64,000 bases of DNA from Candidatus Midichloria sp. GTDB taxonomy: Bacteria; Pseudomonadota; Alphaproteobacteria; Rickettsiales; Midichloriaceae. The position numbers and the translations under genes were made by a program. Below the pieces are notes generated by a model. The model was not told the DNA's origin and did no database searches. It worked only from the letters and a program-made list of their open reading frames with translations. This document shows positions 33,800 to 45,150 of this stretch, one piece after another; within the stretch, counting starts at the first letter, position 1; each line of letters starts with the position of its first letter. The stretch covers positions 67,737 to 131,736 of the forward strand of contig CP094379.1 in NCBI GenBank assembly GCA_030060845.1, written 5' to 3'.

Positions 33800-34545
33800 A
33801 AATAGTTACAGTGCTGCTGATTATACTACACACAATTGCACCATTATAACCATTCCTACAGCTGGTTGCAGAGTTATAAATTAACGGTTCGGTAGTTGGT
33901 AAATTGGTGAATGTGATAGAAGATTCTATTGTTGAGTATAGTGGTTCAACCCAGTTGTTGATAATGTTATAGTATGATTGTTGTGCTAAAAGTTGGAATG
34001 CTAAACAACAATTTCATTGTTGTTTAGCCAAGGTTAGCACTGACTATGTTTAGTTTTCCATCTTCATTAAGACCTGCTATTGCGATTTGGGCAGTACAAC
34101 TACTAATACTCTGTAAGAGAAAAGCAGCGAATTTGAAAAGCCCCATCACCGTTTCCTAATAACAGGAAAAGCATAGTTGAGCCATAGTTACCACTTACTA
34201 TATCATCTTTATTATCACCATTAAATCTACTTTTTTACACTTATAGGACTAGAGCCAACACTGTAAAAACAGCAGGTTAAAAAGGTACCATCTTTATTCC
34301 ATATCAGCACTGGAACTGTAGTCGAACCCTGATTAGTATTACCTATATCTTTTAATTCCATATCCCTGTTGAGATCAGTAATTGCTGTTTCCCAATAACA
34401 CAAAGATTGTGTTTGAACCTCTATTAGTATTTGCTATATCTAATTTTCCATCGTTGTTAAAATTTCTAACTGCAACTTCTACAGGGTCGCTGCCAACGAT
34501 AAGGCTTAAAGCTAACGCAAAGGTATCGCTCTTTTTCCTTCATTT
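33800..34545 (-). pseudogene. FG-GAP/VCBS repeat surface protein relic (four repeats plus Ser/Thr-rich tail)
   Basis: VGSDPVEVAVRNFNNDGKLDIANTNRGSNTIFVLLGN; AITDLNRD..DIGNTNQGS; D-NGDNKDDIVSGNYGS..LLLGNGDGAF; IAGLNEDGKLNIVSAN. Confidence 0.75.
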
Positions 34546-34725
34546 ATTTATAGCATTATTGTACCAAGACTATAATGCATTTTATCAACTATACAATGGA
34601 CTTCTTTGCAAATTCTAATTTATGTTGGAAATTTGTAAAGTAGTAATACTCGTTTGTTTTTTCTAATAGGGAAAGTTTTGAGGACTTATGGATTGGAAAG
34701 CCAGCTTTTCTACTACAAACTTATT

Positions 34726-35454
34726 TTAGTTTTTAGCTGATAACTTAAACGCGGTTCTTGCCCGTTCTAAGTTTTCAGGAGTATCAACAGATATAGGTGC
34801 ACTATCAACAATTGTAACATGTATTTTGATACCATGTTCTAGGGCTCTAAGTTGTTCAAGCCTTTCTCTCTTTTCTAGCAGGGTTTGTGGGGCTTTTACA
34901 AATTTTTCAAGGGACTCTGGAGTATAACCATAAATTCCAATATGTTCATATAACTTGCCTGGACCAAATGGAGCTGTTGCTCTTGTGAAATATAAGGCTT
35001 GATTACTTTGAGTTAAAATTGCCTTTACAATATTGGGGTCATTCTCTTTATTATGTTCTGTTATCTCAACAGCAGCTGTAGCTATTTCAATATCTTGTTG
35101 AGCCAATAGATCTTTTGTGGCTGAAATTATCTGTGGATCAATTAAAGGTAAATCACCCTGAAGGTTAATAATATACTTATAATTTCTACTAATATCTTTA
35201 AATGCTGCGTAAACTCTATCAGTGCCAGAAGCTAAAGTTGGTTCAGTTTTTATTGCTTCAAAATTATATTTTTTAGCAATATTATAAACGGCATCTTCAC
35301 AAGCGGCGATAAAGACATCGCCAGCATTAGAAGATTTTGCTTGATTTGCAACTCTGATTACTATGGGTACATCACCTATATTGGCTAGCGGCTTGTTTGG
35401 TAATCTTACAGCAGCAAGCCTCGCTGGGATTATTATAGCAGTATTAGAGCTCAT
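34726..35454 (-). CDS. kdsB: CMP-Kdo synthetase
   Basis: IIIPARLAAVRLPNKPL, SGTDR, INLQGDLP, HIGIYGY, EQLRALE. Confidence 0.97.
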   Translation of the reverse strand: MSSNTAIIIPARLAAVRLPNKPLANIGDVPIVIRVANQAKSSNAGDVFIAACEDAVYNIAKKYNFEAIKTEPTLASGTDRVYAAFKDISRNYKYIINLQGDLPLIDPQIISATKDLLAQQDIEIATAAVEITEHNKENDPNIVKAILTQSNQALYFTRATAPFGPGKLYEHIGIYGYTPESLEKFVKAPQTLLEKRERLEQLRALEHGIKIHVTIVDSAPISVDTPENLERARTAFKLSAKN

Positions 35455-35464
35455 ATAGCGTTAT

Positions 35465-37750
35465 TTAGAGAATTTATCATTTCCAAAATTAATTGATAAA
35501 TATCATCTACATCAAAAGCAAGCTTATTTTTATCTTTTATCTTTTATACTTTTGCGATATTGGATAACAACTATATAGATTTATAATATTTATCTTTTGT
35601 TAAGATTTTAGGCTTAAAATCTTCATGTAGAGCTTCCAGTAATTCGTATTCTCTTAAGTTAAGATATGAAATCATTTGTTTTAAGATACGTTCAACTTCT
35701 TTCTCGTTTAAGGTGAACTCTTTATTTCTTATTGAATACATTGATAACTTATATCATCTTTAAGTAAGTTAAGCACATCCTTGCCCTTTCCTAATTTTTG
35801 CAAGGCTTTTGCAACTATATATTTTCTTTCCCTTTCCATGAATTTTGGTAAATGAAAATTTGGAGATTTAAAATTCATGATATTGATGGCATTAATTGGC
35901 TGAAGATTTTTTGTGTATGCAGTAACTAATGTATTAATAGCACGTTTTTTTAAAGCCTGTTAACCTGTTCTTTACCTGCTGTTCTAGCAACACTATGTAT
36001 CTGTCTAGTAAGTCTAATTCATCTAAATAATCGGCTACCCTTAGTATGATTTTGTCACTGATAATACCGATTGGTAATAGATGCTGAAATTCAAAAAATA
36101 TCTCTAAGGCCTAGATGGAGTCATTGTGAGTAGTATCCTTTTCTAGGAAAAATCTTATAAAAGATTTACTCATATTATGAGTTATTTGTATTGCTTCTAA
36201 AGAAGCAGGATAATTATTTAATATAGATTGTCCAACTCTTAATGCCTCTAGTTGTGGTGTATATCTCATACAGTTTTTTGGAACTCTGATTTCAAAATTA
36301 TTTCCTTTTCAACGTAGTTTCACTCTTCCTAATATTTCTATTTATTGTTCTTCGCTAATCATATTTGATTTTTTGAGCATTAAAGCTCTATAATAATGAC
36401 AGCGATTATAGTGAAGGTTATCATCAAACCACTCTAAACATCTATTAAAGTAGTTTAGCGCATTTTTAGTATCATGATTTGCTAAGTAATATCTTGCTAT
36501 ATCATAATTTAACCTGCAAAGTTTTGAATTTCATAAAGTGCTTTTTGATGATTTAGTGTGAAAAATTCAAGAGCAGCTAATAATGTAATCATTTAGTATT
36601 TTTTGTTTAGCATTTTGTCTTCTTTCCGGGCTAGATTTAATACAGCTTTGGCTTTATTGTAAAAAAACCATGCTCCAGGTAAAACATAGTAAGTTAAAGC
36701 CTTGCGCGTGATTTAAAGACGGCATAGCTGTTATAATCTTTTTGATTGATTTATCTTCTGTGTTTATAAAGGATTCTCCTTTAGATTGGAAATATCTTGG
36801 GTTTAATATAGCCTTTTCGGAAGATCTCATTAAATTATAGGATAAATCATCATGCTGAACTAAATAGATTTCAGGGGCTATACTGAGAACGGATTTTTTG
36901 GTTATTGAAAAAGATTTATTACCTAAGGGATTAAACGTAATGCCATTAGATATTCTCTCCATAACGACTCCTTGGATGGTGTCTAATATATTGAGATCAA
37001 TAAATTCTCTTTTGGTTGTTGTTGCGATATTGTTGTTATAAAGTGTAGCAACACTAATGTTTTGCTGGGTAAATTGGTCTACGTAATCGATAGTATTATA
37101 AAATCCTTCTCCCATTCTTATTATTAAGTAAGGATAAATGTTATTAAATTTTGCGTTAACTTTATGCTCTTTAATTTTTCATAGCGGTGTGCAACCTCGA
37201 TGATCAAGCTATTATCTTGCTTATAGGCTGCAATAATTGTACTTTCGATTTCTTTAGGGAGTTTTACATCAGAGATTGTAAAAATTTTCCTTTGCATCAT
37301 ATCGGCTACCTTGATATAGCCTTGAGCTTTGGGATTAAGAAATTGTTGAGTGTCATCAATAAAGTGTATATTAGAAAATTTATCGAATATAATCCATAAT
37401 TTTCTATTATTAATAGATGCTGCTGCTGCTATAGATTGATCCAATAAAAAGGTTATGGTGGTTCTCGATAAATTCTGTTCGATTTTAGCAACTGTTGAGA
37501 TGGTTTGAGCAAATTAGGAGTTAGTTATTTTGGAGCATAGCTTAAGCCTTTATTTTCAATAATATTGTCTAATTCTGTAGGCGATATTATTTTTGGTTTG
37601 TTATTCATTTTATTAGTTGGAGTTATTTTTATAACATTTTTTGGAGCTTTTTGAGCGGTTACTTTTGGTTTTATATCTTTTGCTTCGTTAAGAGGAAAGT
37701 TTAATTATTTGGTTTAATGAATCAATTAATGCTTTTTTCTCTTTAAAATG
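35465..37750 (-). pseudogene. Large fragmented gene, probably a conserved alphaproteobacterial TPR-like protein
   Basis: Consecutive minus-strand ORFs 37124-37444 (IAAAAS..RKLWIIFD) and 36654-37115 (LDTIQGVVME), followed by ~1.1 kb of broken helical-looking coding sequence. Confidence 0.45.
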
Positions 37751-37924
37751 ATATTGGCTCTTCTGCTTTTACTAATATGGAAAAAGGTACTATAAATAAA
37801 AGATAGGTTATTATAAAAAAATAGCTAATTTGTTTATACATTTTTGCGGTAATTTATAAATAATTAAAAAATTGCTTTGATTTTAAAAATACCTAAAATG
37901 CGGTTGTAGGTTTTGGTAAATAGC

Positions 37925-38551
37925 ATGATAAACAAAGAAATTTTAATTAATAGATTGAAATATAGGCTAATGATAGTAGGCTACTCAATTGTATTAATTT
38001 TTATTTTCGTAGTTTCTGGCTTTTATTATTTTAAGTGTTATATAAAAAACCTTAGTGAACAAAATAATTTGTGTGATAGCAACCAAGCCATAGTAGTGAT
38101 TACAGGAGGTGTGGGAAGAATCCAAGCAGGAATGGTTTTGTTAAACCGAGGTTGTGGTAAAACTCTTTTAATTTCTGGCGTTAGCTCAACATTTAGTAAA
38201 AGCTATTTAAAAAAATCTACTCCAATTAATAAAGTGTTTCTAGGGTATGAAGCAAATAATACTGAAGGTAATGCTAAAGAGGCTTTAGTATTTTTAGTTA
38301 TGCACGAAATTGAAAAGGTATTACTCGTAACAAATGATTATCATATGCCAAGAGCAAAGTTTTTATTTGAAAATTTTATGCTTTCAAAAAATATTAGAAT
38401 ATATGTGGTGAAATCTGATGAAGACTTGTTAATTGAGCTAATAGAATATATAAAATTTATAGGGACCTATGTTATATATAAATTTGAAGCTATTAATAAA
38501 TCTTATATAACCTATTTATACAGTATAATTTCTTTTTGGAAGAATCTTTAG
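37925..38551 (+). CDS. YdcF/DUF218 family membrane protein
   Basis: AIVVITGG.GRI, LLISGV, NTEGNA, LLVTNDYHMPRA. Confidence 0.88.
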   Translation: MINKEILINRLKYRLMIVGYSIVLIFIFVVSGFYYFKCYIKNLSEQNNLCDSNQAIVVITGGVGRIQAGMVLLNRGCGKTLLISGVSSTFSKSYLKKSTPINKVFLGYEANNTEGNAKEALVFLVMHEIEKVLLVTNDYHMPRAKFLFENFMLSKNIRIYVVKSDEDLLIELIEYIKFIGTYVIYKFEAINKSYITYLYSIISFWKNL

Positions 38552-39715
38552 TATGGCTTCAGCAGCTATTTGGCTTGGCTTACTATCATTCTCTAGTTTT
38601 AATTTTTGCATAGTTTCACTTAATTGATCAATCTGCTTTTCTCCCCCTCCTCCAAGTAACTTGTCCATCTCTTTAAAGAGATTATCAGCAGTAAAATTCT
38701 CTTGAATTAACTCTGGAATGATCACCTTATCAGCCATTAAATTTAATATGCTGATATACTTTATTTTAATTTTTTTCCTAATTATCCATGCTGTTATTCT
38801 AGAAATCTTATAAAATATCAACATAGGTACTTTCATAAATGCACATTCAATTGCAATGGTTCCAGATTTTATAAATGCAGCATTACTGGCATATAGCAAG
38901 GCTCTTTTTTCTTCATTATCTGTTTTTAACAAGATATATTTTTTAAATTTGTAGTAAGATAAAATTTCCCGGCATGTTTGCAAGAGGTGAGGGAAGGTAG
39001 GGAGAATAAAATAAATATCATTGTATTTATTAATTAATTCTGATACAGCTTCTAGTACTATTTTTAAATGATATTTGATTTCTTGCTTTCTGCTTCCTGG
39101 GGTTATAGTGATTAATTTATCTTGCTTGTTGAATCCGTATTTTTCCTTGATTTCTTCCTTACTTAAAGTAATCTCTTCATCTTCTAAAACTGGGTGCCCA
39201 ACATAGGTGCAGGAGAGGTTTACCTCATCAAAATACTTTTTTTCAAAGGGCAATATAGTTAATATATGGTCATACAGCCCAGCAAATTTTTTGGCTCTTT
39301 CTGGTTTATATGCCCAAACAGCAGGAGCTACATACTGTACTATAGGAAAATTAACTTTTCTCTTTTTTAATTTATTAACTAATCGCATATTAAAGCCTGG
39401 TGAATCTACCGTAATTAAAATATCTGGATTATAAGATGTAATCCATTTTGCTATTTGATATAGCCTTATTAGTATTAATGGTATCTTAAAAAGTGCTTCA
39501 AAATATCCCATAATAGAAAGATTTTCCATTGGAAATATAGTCTTAAAACATTTTTTAATCATACACTCTCCTCCAACACCTCTGGCATCTATAGGGAGCT
39601 TTTTTTGTAATTGATTTAAAAGTTTTGCAGCGATTAAATCACCTGATGGTTCACCAGCTATTATGGCTATTTTATAGCGATCTTCTACTCCATTCTTGAT
39701 TTTTGTCTCTGCCAT
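38516..39715 (-). CDS. lpxB: Lipid-A-disaccharide synthase
   Basis: IIAGEPSGD, VDSPGFN, YVAPAVWAYKP, ILPFE, YVGHP, PGSRKQE. Confidence 0.96.
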   Translation of the reverse strand: MAETKIKNGVEDRYKIAIIAGEPSGDLIAAKLLNQLQKKLPIDARGVGGECMIKKCFKTIFPMENLSIMGYFEALFKIPLILIRLYQIAKWITSYNPDILITVDSPGFNMRLVNKLKKRKVNFPIVQYVAPAVWAYKPERAKKFAGLYDHILTILPFEKKYFDEVNLSCTYVGHPVLEDEEITLSKEEIKEKYGFNKQDKLITITPGSRKQEIKYHLKIVLEAVSELINKYNDIYFILPTFPHLLQTCREILSYYKFKKYILLKTDNEEKRALLYASNAAFIKSGTIAIECAFMKVPMLIFYKISRITAWIIRKKIKIKYISILNLMADKVIIPELIQENFTADNLFKEMDKLLGGGGEKQIDQLSETMQKLKLENDSKPSQIAAEAILKILPKRNYTV

Positions 39716-40149
39716 TCCCTTTCTTTGATTGTTTCGCGTTTATCATAATTTTTTTTACCTTTACCCAAGCCCAGCACTACTTTGATTTTATTTTTTTTGT
39801 TAAAATATATAGCAATAGGCACAAGAGTATAACCTTTTTTTTTAATGAGGCCGATAAGTTTCCTTATTTCTTTGGCATGAAGTAGCAGCTTTCTAGGTCT
39901 TTTTGGATAATGATTATATTGATTGGCTTCAGTATATTCTGGAATATTAGCATTGAGTAAAAAAATTTCACCATCAATTTCATCAGCATGTGATTCTACT
40001 ATGCTGATTTTACTGCACCTCAAAGATTTTACCTCAGTTCCAGTGAGAACAATCCCAGTTTCATAAATATCTTCTATGAAATAATCATAATATGCTCGAT
40101 TATTTTGAGAAATATTTTTTAAAATATTTTTTTCGTAAGCATTGCTCAT
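39685..40149 (-). CDS. smpB: SsrA-binding protein
   Basis: NNRAYYDY, GIVLTGTEVKSLR, RPRKLLLH, GKKNYDKRE. Confidence 0.98.
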   Translation of the reverse strand: MSNAYEKNILKNISQNNRAYYDYFIEDIYETGIVLTGTEVKSLRCSKISIVESHADEIDGEIFLLNANIPEYTEANQYNHYPKRPRKLLLHAKEIRKLIGLIKKKGYTLVPIAIYFNKKNKIKVVLGLGKGKKNYDKRETIKEREWQRQKSRME

Positions 40150-40982
40150 GAATTTCCAGGATACTTTTTAGCTATTTGATCAAACTCCATTAACTCATTC
40201 AGTAATCCTTCCAATTCAGGTAAAGGCAACATGCAAGGACCGTCACTAGGGGCGCAATCTGGATTTGGATGGGTTTCAATAAATAGGCCAGCAATACCAA
40301 CCGCAACAGCAGCTCGTGCAAGTGGTCTAATAAATTCTCTTTGACCACCGCTTGCTGAGCCGAGACTAGCTGGTTGTTGGATAGAATGAGTTGCGTCAAA
40401 TATAACTGGGTAGCCAGTCTTGGCCATAATTGAAAGTGCTCTCATGTCGTTTATTATGGTATTGTATCCAAAAGAAACTCCTCTCTCTGTTAGCATGATA
40501 TTCTGGTTACCAGTTGAAGCCACTTTGTCTGCAGCATTTTTCATGCTTTGTGGTGCCAAGAACTGCCCTTTTTTAATGTTTATAGCTGTTCCTATACTTC
40601 CTGCTGCGACTAATAGGTCAGTCTGTCTACAAAGAAGTGCTGGTATTTGCAATACATTTACGCAACTGGCAACAATCTTGCATTGGTCTGGAACATGTAC
40701 ATCGGTGAGGATTGGGCATTTAATCTGTTTTTTTATTTCTTCAAAGATTTCTAATGCTTTTTCTAATCCAATACCCCTCTGCCCTTCAATAGAAGTTCTA
40801 TTGGCTTTATCGAACGAGCTTTTGTATATGTAGCTAATACCTAATTTTTTAGCTATTTCTGCAATAGCATGGGCGGTTTCTAATGCGTGTTCTTTAGATT
40901 CTATTTGGCAAGGGCCGGCGATTAAAATAAAAGGCAAATTATTGGCGATTTTTATATCATTAATTTTTATAATTTTATGCAT
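40146..40982 (-). CDS. kdsA: Kdo-8-phosphate synthase
   Basis: IAGPCQIE, KSSFDKANRTS, LTDVH, NIKKGQFL, VIFDATHS, ETHPNP. Confidence 0.98.
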   Translation of the reverse strand: MHKIIKINDIKIANNLPFILIAGPCQIESKEHALETAHAIAEIAKKLGISYIYKSSFDKANRTSIEGQRGIGLEKALEIFEEIKKQIKCPILTDVHVPDQCKIVASCVNVLQIPALLCRQTDLLVAAGSIGTAINIKKGQFLAPQSMKNAADKVASTGNQNIMLTERGVSFGYNTIINDMRALSIMAKTGYPVIFDATHSIQQPASLGSASGGQREFIRPLARAAVAVGIAGLFIETHPNPDCAPSDGPCMLPLPELEGLLNELMEFDQIAKKYPGNS

Positions 40983-41066
40983 CTTTTCGAGAATTTTTCT
41001 TTCTTTATATTATATAATTCATAGTATCTCAATAAATATGCTTTAACTTAAGAAAAGTAATGAAGA

Positions 41067-42347
41067 ATGAAACTGCCGCATTGGCCAGTTCCCTATGGCA
41101 AAAAAGCCATAGATTTAGGCTTGAGTAGAATTAAAAAAATGCTCTCTAAAATAGGTAATCCACATTTAAAGCTGCCGCCAGTGATTCATGTAGCTGGCAC
41201 TAACGGTAAAGGATCAACTATTGCTTATCTCAAAGCAATATTAGAACTTGCTGGTTATAAAGTCCATCAATATATTTCTCCGCATTTGGTGAGGTTTAAT
41301 GAGCGAATAATGCTTGCTGGACAAGAAATCGAGGACGATTTTTTAACGGAAATTACAGAAGAATGCTGCGTTGCAGCAAGAGATATGCAATTAACCTTTT
41401 TTGAAGGAACAACAGCAGCAGCTTTTTTAGCATTTTCCAGAGTAAAAGCTGATATATTGCTTCTAGAGACTGGGTTAGGTGGAAGGTTAGACGCAACTAA
41501 TGTTATAGATAACCCCTTAATGTCAGTTATTACACCTATTTCATTAGATCATGTGGAGTATCTTGGAAATACAGTTGCATTCATTGCTAAAGAAAAAGCA
41601 GGTATCATAAAGAAGAACTGTGTTATAAGCTGGCAACTTTCTGAAGCGATGGAAGTTTTAGTACAAGAATGTGAGAGAGTTGGTGCTAATTATTATGCTT
41701 GGGGTAAACATTGGGACTTTTCTGGTGACCAAAATCACTTTTTGTTTAACAGTAATGGCCTTACTTTAGAATTTCCAATACCATCTCTTTATGGTTTGCA
41801 TCAAATAGTAAATGCAGCAACTGCTATTGCAGCTGTTAATCTCTTAAATGACTTTAATATTAGTAAACAGCATATAGATTATGGTTTAACCCATACTGTT
41901 TGGCCGGCAAGGCTACAAAAAATCACATCAGGAGTGCTATTTGAAATGCTAGAGGCTGGCTCTGAAATGTGGTTAGATGGAGCGCATAATATAGGAGGAG
42001 CACAAATGCTTATTGCAAGTATTGAAAACATGCAAGAAAAGCTTCCTTTATATTTAATAAATGGGCGTTCAAAAGACTGGGATATTGCTGGGTTTTTAGA
42101 ATGTTTTAAGGATAGAACAGCTTTTTTTTGTGCAACTTACGTTAAGTCTGAGCCACTTAGTGAAAGCTCTGAAAAGATTCACCAAGTTGCTGTTGAAATG
42201 GGTTTTAAAGCTGAATGCTCGGAATCGATTAGGCAAGCAGTTGAAAAATGCTTAATGTATGCTAATGGAAAAAGGGTTAGAATATTGATTTGTGGTTCTT
42301 TATATCTATCTGGGGATGTTTTGGCAGTGAATCAAGGTATTATTTAA
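41067..42347 (+). CDS. folC: Folylpolyglutamate/dihydrofolate synthase
   Basis: IHVAGTNGKGST, SPHLVRFNERI, ETGLGGRLDATN, LDGAHN, CGSLYL. Confidence 0.97.
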   Translation: MKLPHWPVPYGKKAIDLGLSRIKKMLSKIGNPHLKLPPVIHVAGTNGKGSTIAYLKAILELAGYKVHQYISPHLVRFNERIMLAGQEIEDDFLTEITEECCVAARDMQLTFFEGTTAAAFLAFSRVKADILLLETGLGGRLDATNVIDNPLMSVITPISLDHVEYLGNTVAFIAKEKAGIIKKNCVISWQLSEAMEVLVQECERVGANYYAWGKHWDFSGDQNHFLFNSNGLTLEFPIPSLYGLHQIVNAATAIAAVNLLNDFNISKQHIDYGLTHTVWPARLQKITSGVLFEMLEAGSEMWLDGAHNIGGAQMLIASIENMQEKLPLYLINGRSKDWDIAGFLECFKDRTAFFCATYVKSEPLSESSEKIHQVAVEMGFKAECSESIRQAVEKCLMYANGKRVRILICGSLYLSGDVLAVNQGII

Positions 42348-42420
42348 CTTTACTTTGCTTGACCAATATTTATTATACAGCGAAACTAACTAAAGAAGAT
42401 AATTTGAAGAGGATACATAA

Positions 42421-43544
42421 ATGGCTGATGCAAAAACAATAGTTGTCGCAAAAGGAGATGGGATTGGGCTGGAGATTATGGATTCAGTGCTAGATATATT
42501 TAAATTTGCTGGGGCAAGACTTAATTTTGAATTTATTGAAATAGGTGAAAAGCTTTTATAGTCAAGGAATTTCAACTGGTATATTAAGAGAAGCTTGGGA
42601 TGCTATAAAAAAGGCACAAGATTTTATTAAAGGCTCAGATTACTACTCCGCAGGGTAAGGGATATAAAAGTTTAAATGTTACTTTTTTAAGAAAAGTATT
42701 AGGTTTATTTGCTAACGTTAGGCCTGTTGTATTGTTCCAGTCATTAATAAATGGCCTTAATAACAAGATGAATATGGTGATCATAAGGGAAAATGAAGAA
42801 GATTTGTATGCTGGCTCAAGTATCGATCAACAGAAAGCAGCTATCTATCTCTTAAGCTAATCTCAAAAGCAGGGTATGAGAGAATTATTAATTTACTGCA
42901 GATAATTATATAGTTGATATAGTGATTACTAGAGTTGCAAAAAAACCACAGTTGGTTGATGTAATTGTGACTTTGAACCTTTATGGTGATATTTTATCTG
43001 ATATAGCAGCAAGAAGTATCTGGCTCTGTCGGGCTTACTGGAAGTGCCAACATTGGGGCAGAGTACGCAATGTTTGAAGCGGTATATGACTCAGCTCCAG
43101 ATATTGCAGGTCAAAAATATATCTGGTTTTTTAAATGCTGCGATTTTGATGCTGGATCAATATATGGCAACAGAATATTGCTGCTAAAATTCAGAATGCG
43201 TGACTTAAAATTATTGAAGATGATATGCATACTGTTGATATATTTAATCAAGCAAGCAGAAAGAAGCTTTCTACAAGGAAGTTTACAGAATTGGTGATTG
43301 CAAACTTAGGTTCCATTCTAACTCAGATTAAAGCTATTGAGGTCAAATTTTCGGAAAAAATACTGTGCGATTAGAGCTAGCAAGTCAGGTAAATAGAAAA
43401 ATGATGGAAGTTGATATTTATTTGATGAATCATAAAAAATCAGTGAAAGATTTTCAATCTCAGAGCCTGAAATTGGATTTAAATAATTATGATAGCATTG
43501 ACGGTTTTTTAAAAGCGCAGGGTGGAGTAACTAAATTCCAATAA
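42421..43544 (+). pseudogene. icd: Isocitrate dehydrogenase (Rickettsia-type), multiply frameshifted
   Basis: VAKGDGIGLEIM, ITTPQGKGYKSLNV, LFANVRP, IRENEEDLY, NLYGDILSDIA, GSVGLTGSANIG, MFEAV..SAPDIAG in shifting frames. Confidence 0.9.
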
Positions 43545-43558
43545 ATTTGATATGAAGC

Positions 43559-44707
43559 CTAATAAAGCCTAATCATACCATTTTTACTGCTTTTATCTAC
43601 GCTTAAAATTAGTCCTAATCCCATTAATACTGAGACTAAATTCGAGCCGCCATATGATAGCAAGGGTATTGGCGTACCAACTACTGGTAATAATCCAGAT
43701 ATCATGCCTACATTGATAAAAACGTGCAAAAATATCATAGTGGCTACTCCAATTGCAATCATTTTACCAAAATGATATAAAGAATTGAAACCAATGCGAT
43801 AACAAGTAAAAAGTAAGACTATATACATAAACATAATTATACAAAAGCCTATAAAGCCCCATTCTTCTGTGAGAAGAGTGAATATAAAATCAGTATGCTT
43901 CTCTGGTAAGAAACTTAATTGATTTTGGCTACCTTTTAAAAATCCTTTGCCAAATACTCCACCAGCTCCTATTGCTATTTTTGATTGGGCTATATTATAA
44001 CCTGCCCCTAAAAGGTCATCTTCTGGATTTAAAAAAGTTAGAATCCTCTTTTTCTGATAATCATGGAGAAAGTTCCAGGCAAGAGGTAAGGAAGAGATAA
44101 CGGCAATTCCTGGTATGATAAAAAGCCATTTGTTTACCCCGGAAGCAAAATATATTGTGATAGAGATCATAATTATAATTAGGGTAGTACCCAGATTTGG
44201 CTGTTTAAATATTAAAATGGCTGGGATAAAAATAATGATAGTTGGAATAATTAAAAAACTTACCTTTTTTATATCAGTGTAAATGCAAGCATGAAAGTAT
44301 CTAGATAACGCTAATATAACCCCTAATTTGGCAATTTCTGAAGGTTGGATGTTAATTATACCAATCCTTAACCATCTTTGAGCTCCCATGGTGGTATAAC
44401 CTATCAATTCAGCAATAATCAGACTTAAGATACAAAGGCCGTATATATAGTAAGATAAGCTATATAGGGTAGTAATTTTTACGAACCTTAAGAGTAGCAT
44501 AACAAAAGTAAATATGATAAAAGTGATGCCTTGTTTTAGAGCCCAAGGGCTGTAATCACCATTTGCTGCTGAGTAAAGCATCGTAAAGCTTGTAATGGCA
44601 AAAAAAATTACAATTGATGTGATTAATAGGATAGTTGGATCAAAAAATGTGAGATCAACTTTGCGTGTCAATTTTGAGTCTTTCCAATGAATTGTGTAAA
44701 TTCTCAT
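43559..44707 (-). CDS. rodA: Rod shape-determining SEDS protein RodA
   Basis: LYSAA, GAQRW, IQPSEIAK, QPNLGT, GAGYNIAQSKIAIG, FLPEKHTDF, LSYGGS. Confidence 0.96.
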   Translation of the reverse strand: MRIYTIHWKDSKLTRKVDLTFFDPTILLITSIVIFFAITSFTMLYSAANGDYSPWALKQGITFIIFTFVMLLLRFVKITTLYSLSYYIYGLCILSLIIAELIGYTTMGAQRWLRIGIINIQPSEIAKLGVILALSRYFHACIYTDIKKVSFLIIPTIIIFIPAILIFKQPNLGTTLIIIMISITIYFASGVNKWLFIIPGIAVISSLPLAWNFLHDYQKKRILTFLNPEDDLLGAGYNIAQSKIAIGAGGVFGKGFLKGSQNQLSFLPEKHTDFIFTLLTEEWGFIGFCIIMFMYIVLLFTCYRIGFNSLYHFGKMIAIGVATMIFLHVFINVGMISGLLPVVGTPIPLLSYGGSNLVSVLMGLGLILSVDKSSKNGMIRLY

Positions 44708-45135
44708 AAGCTACTAAATTCTACCTTCAAATTTTATCAAGAAATGAAGCATAGCTTCATTCCAATTTTGAATAGGCATATGCTATTTTCATGTAATATA
44801 ATCAATTGTCAAGTATAGGATTTTAAATACAGATTCAGCAGTAAGAAAAACCTGTTTATTTTTGTAAGCCTTGCGTAGCTGATTATTGACAGATTCAAGG
44901 CTGTTAGTTGTATAAATTACCCTTCTGATGGCCTTTTCTGGGATACTGCAAAAAATCATCGAATTATTCTAATGAGGATATCAGGATTTAGCTATTTGTG
45001 TATATTGTTTACTTCATTTAAAATCAAAAGATTCCAATGCTAATTGAGCTTCTTCTTCAGCTTTGGCAGCATAAATCGGCTTTAAATTAAACGCTACTTT
45101 CTTTCTATCTTTAATTCACTTCTTTTGAAGCATTA
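44676..45135 (-). mobile_element. IS256-family 3' half with terminal repeat
   Basis: KDRKKVAFNLKPIYAA, IRRVIYTTNSLESVNNQLRK, MPIQNWNEAMLHFLIKFEGRI*; end GAGTCTTTCCAATGAATTGTGTAAA (+ strand) fits the IS256 GAG...TGTGTAAA terminal pattern. Confidence 0.85.
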
Positions 45136-45150
45136 GTTTTTTGGGGGGCA

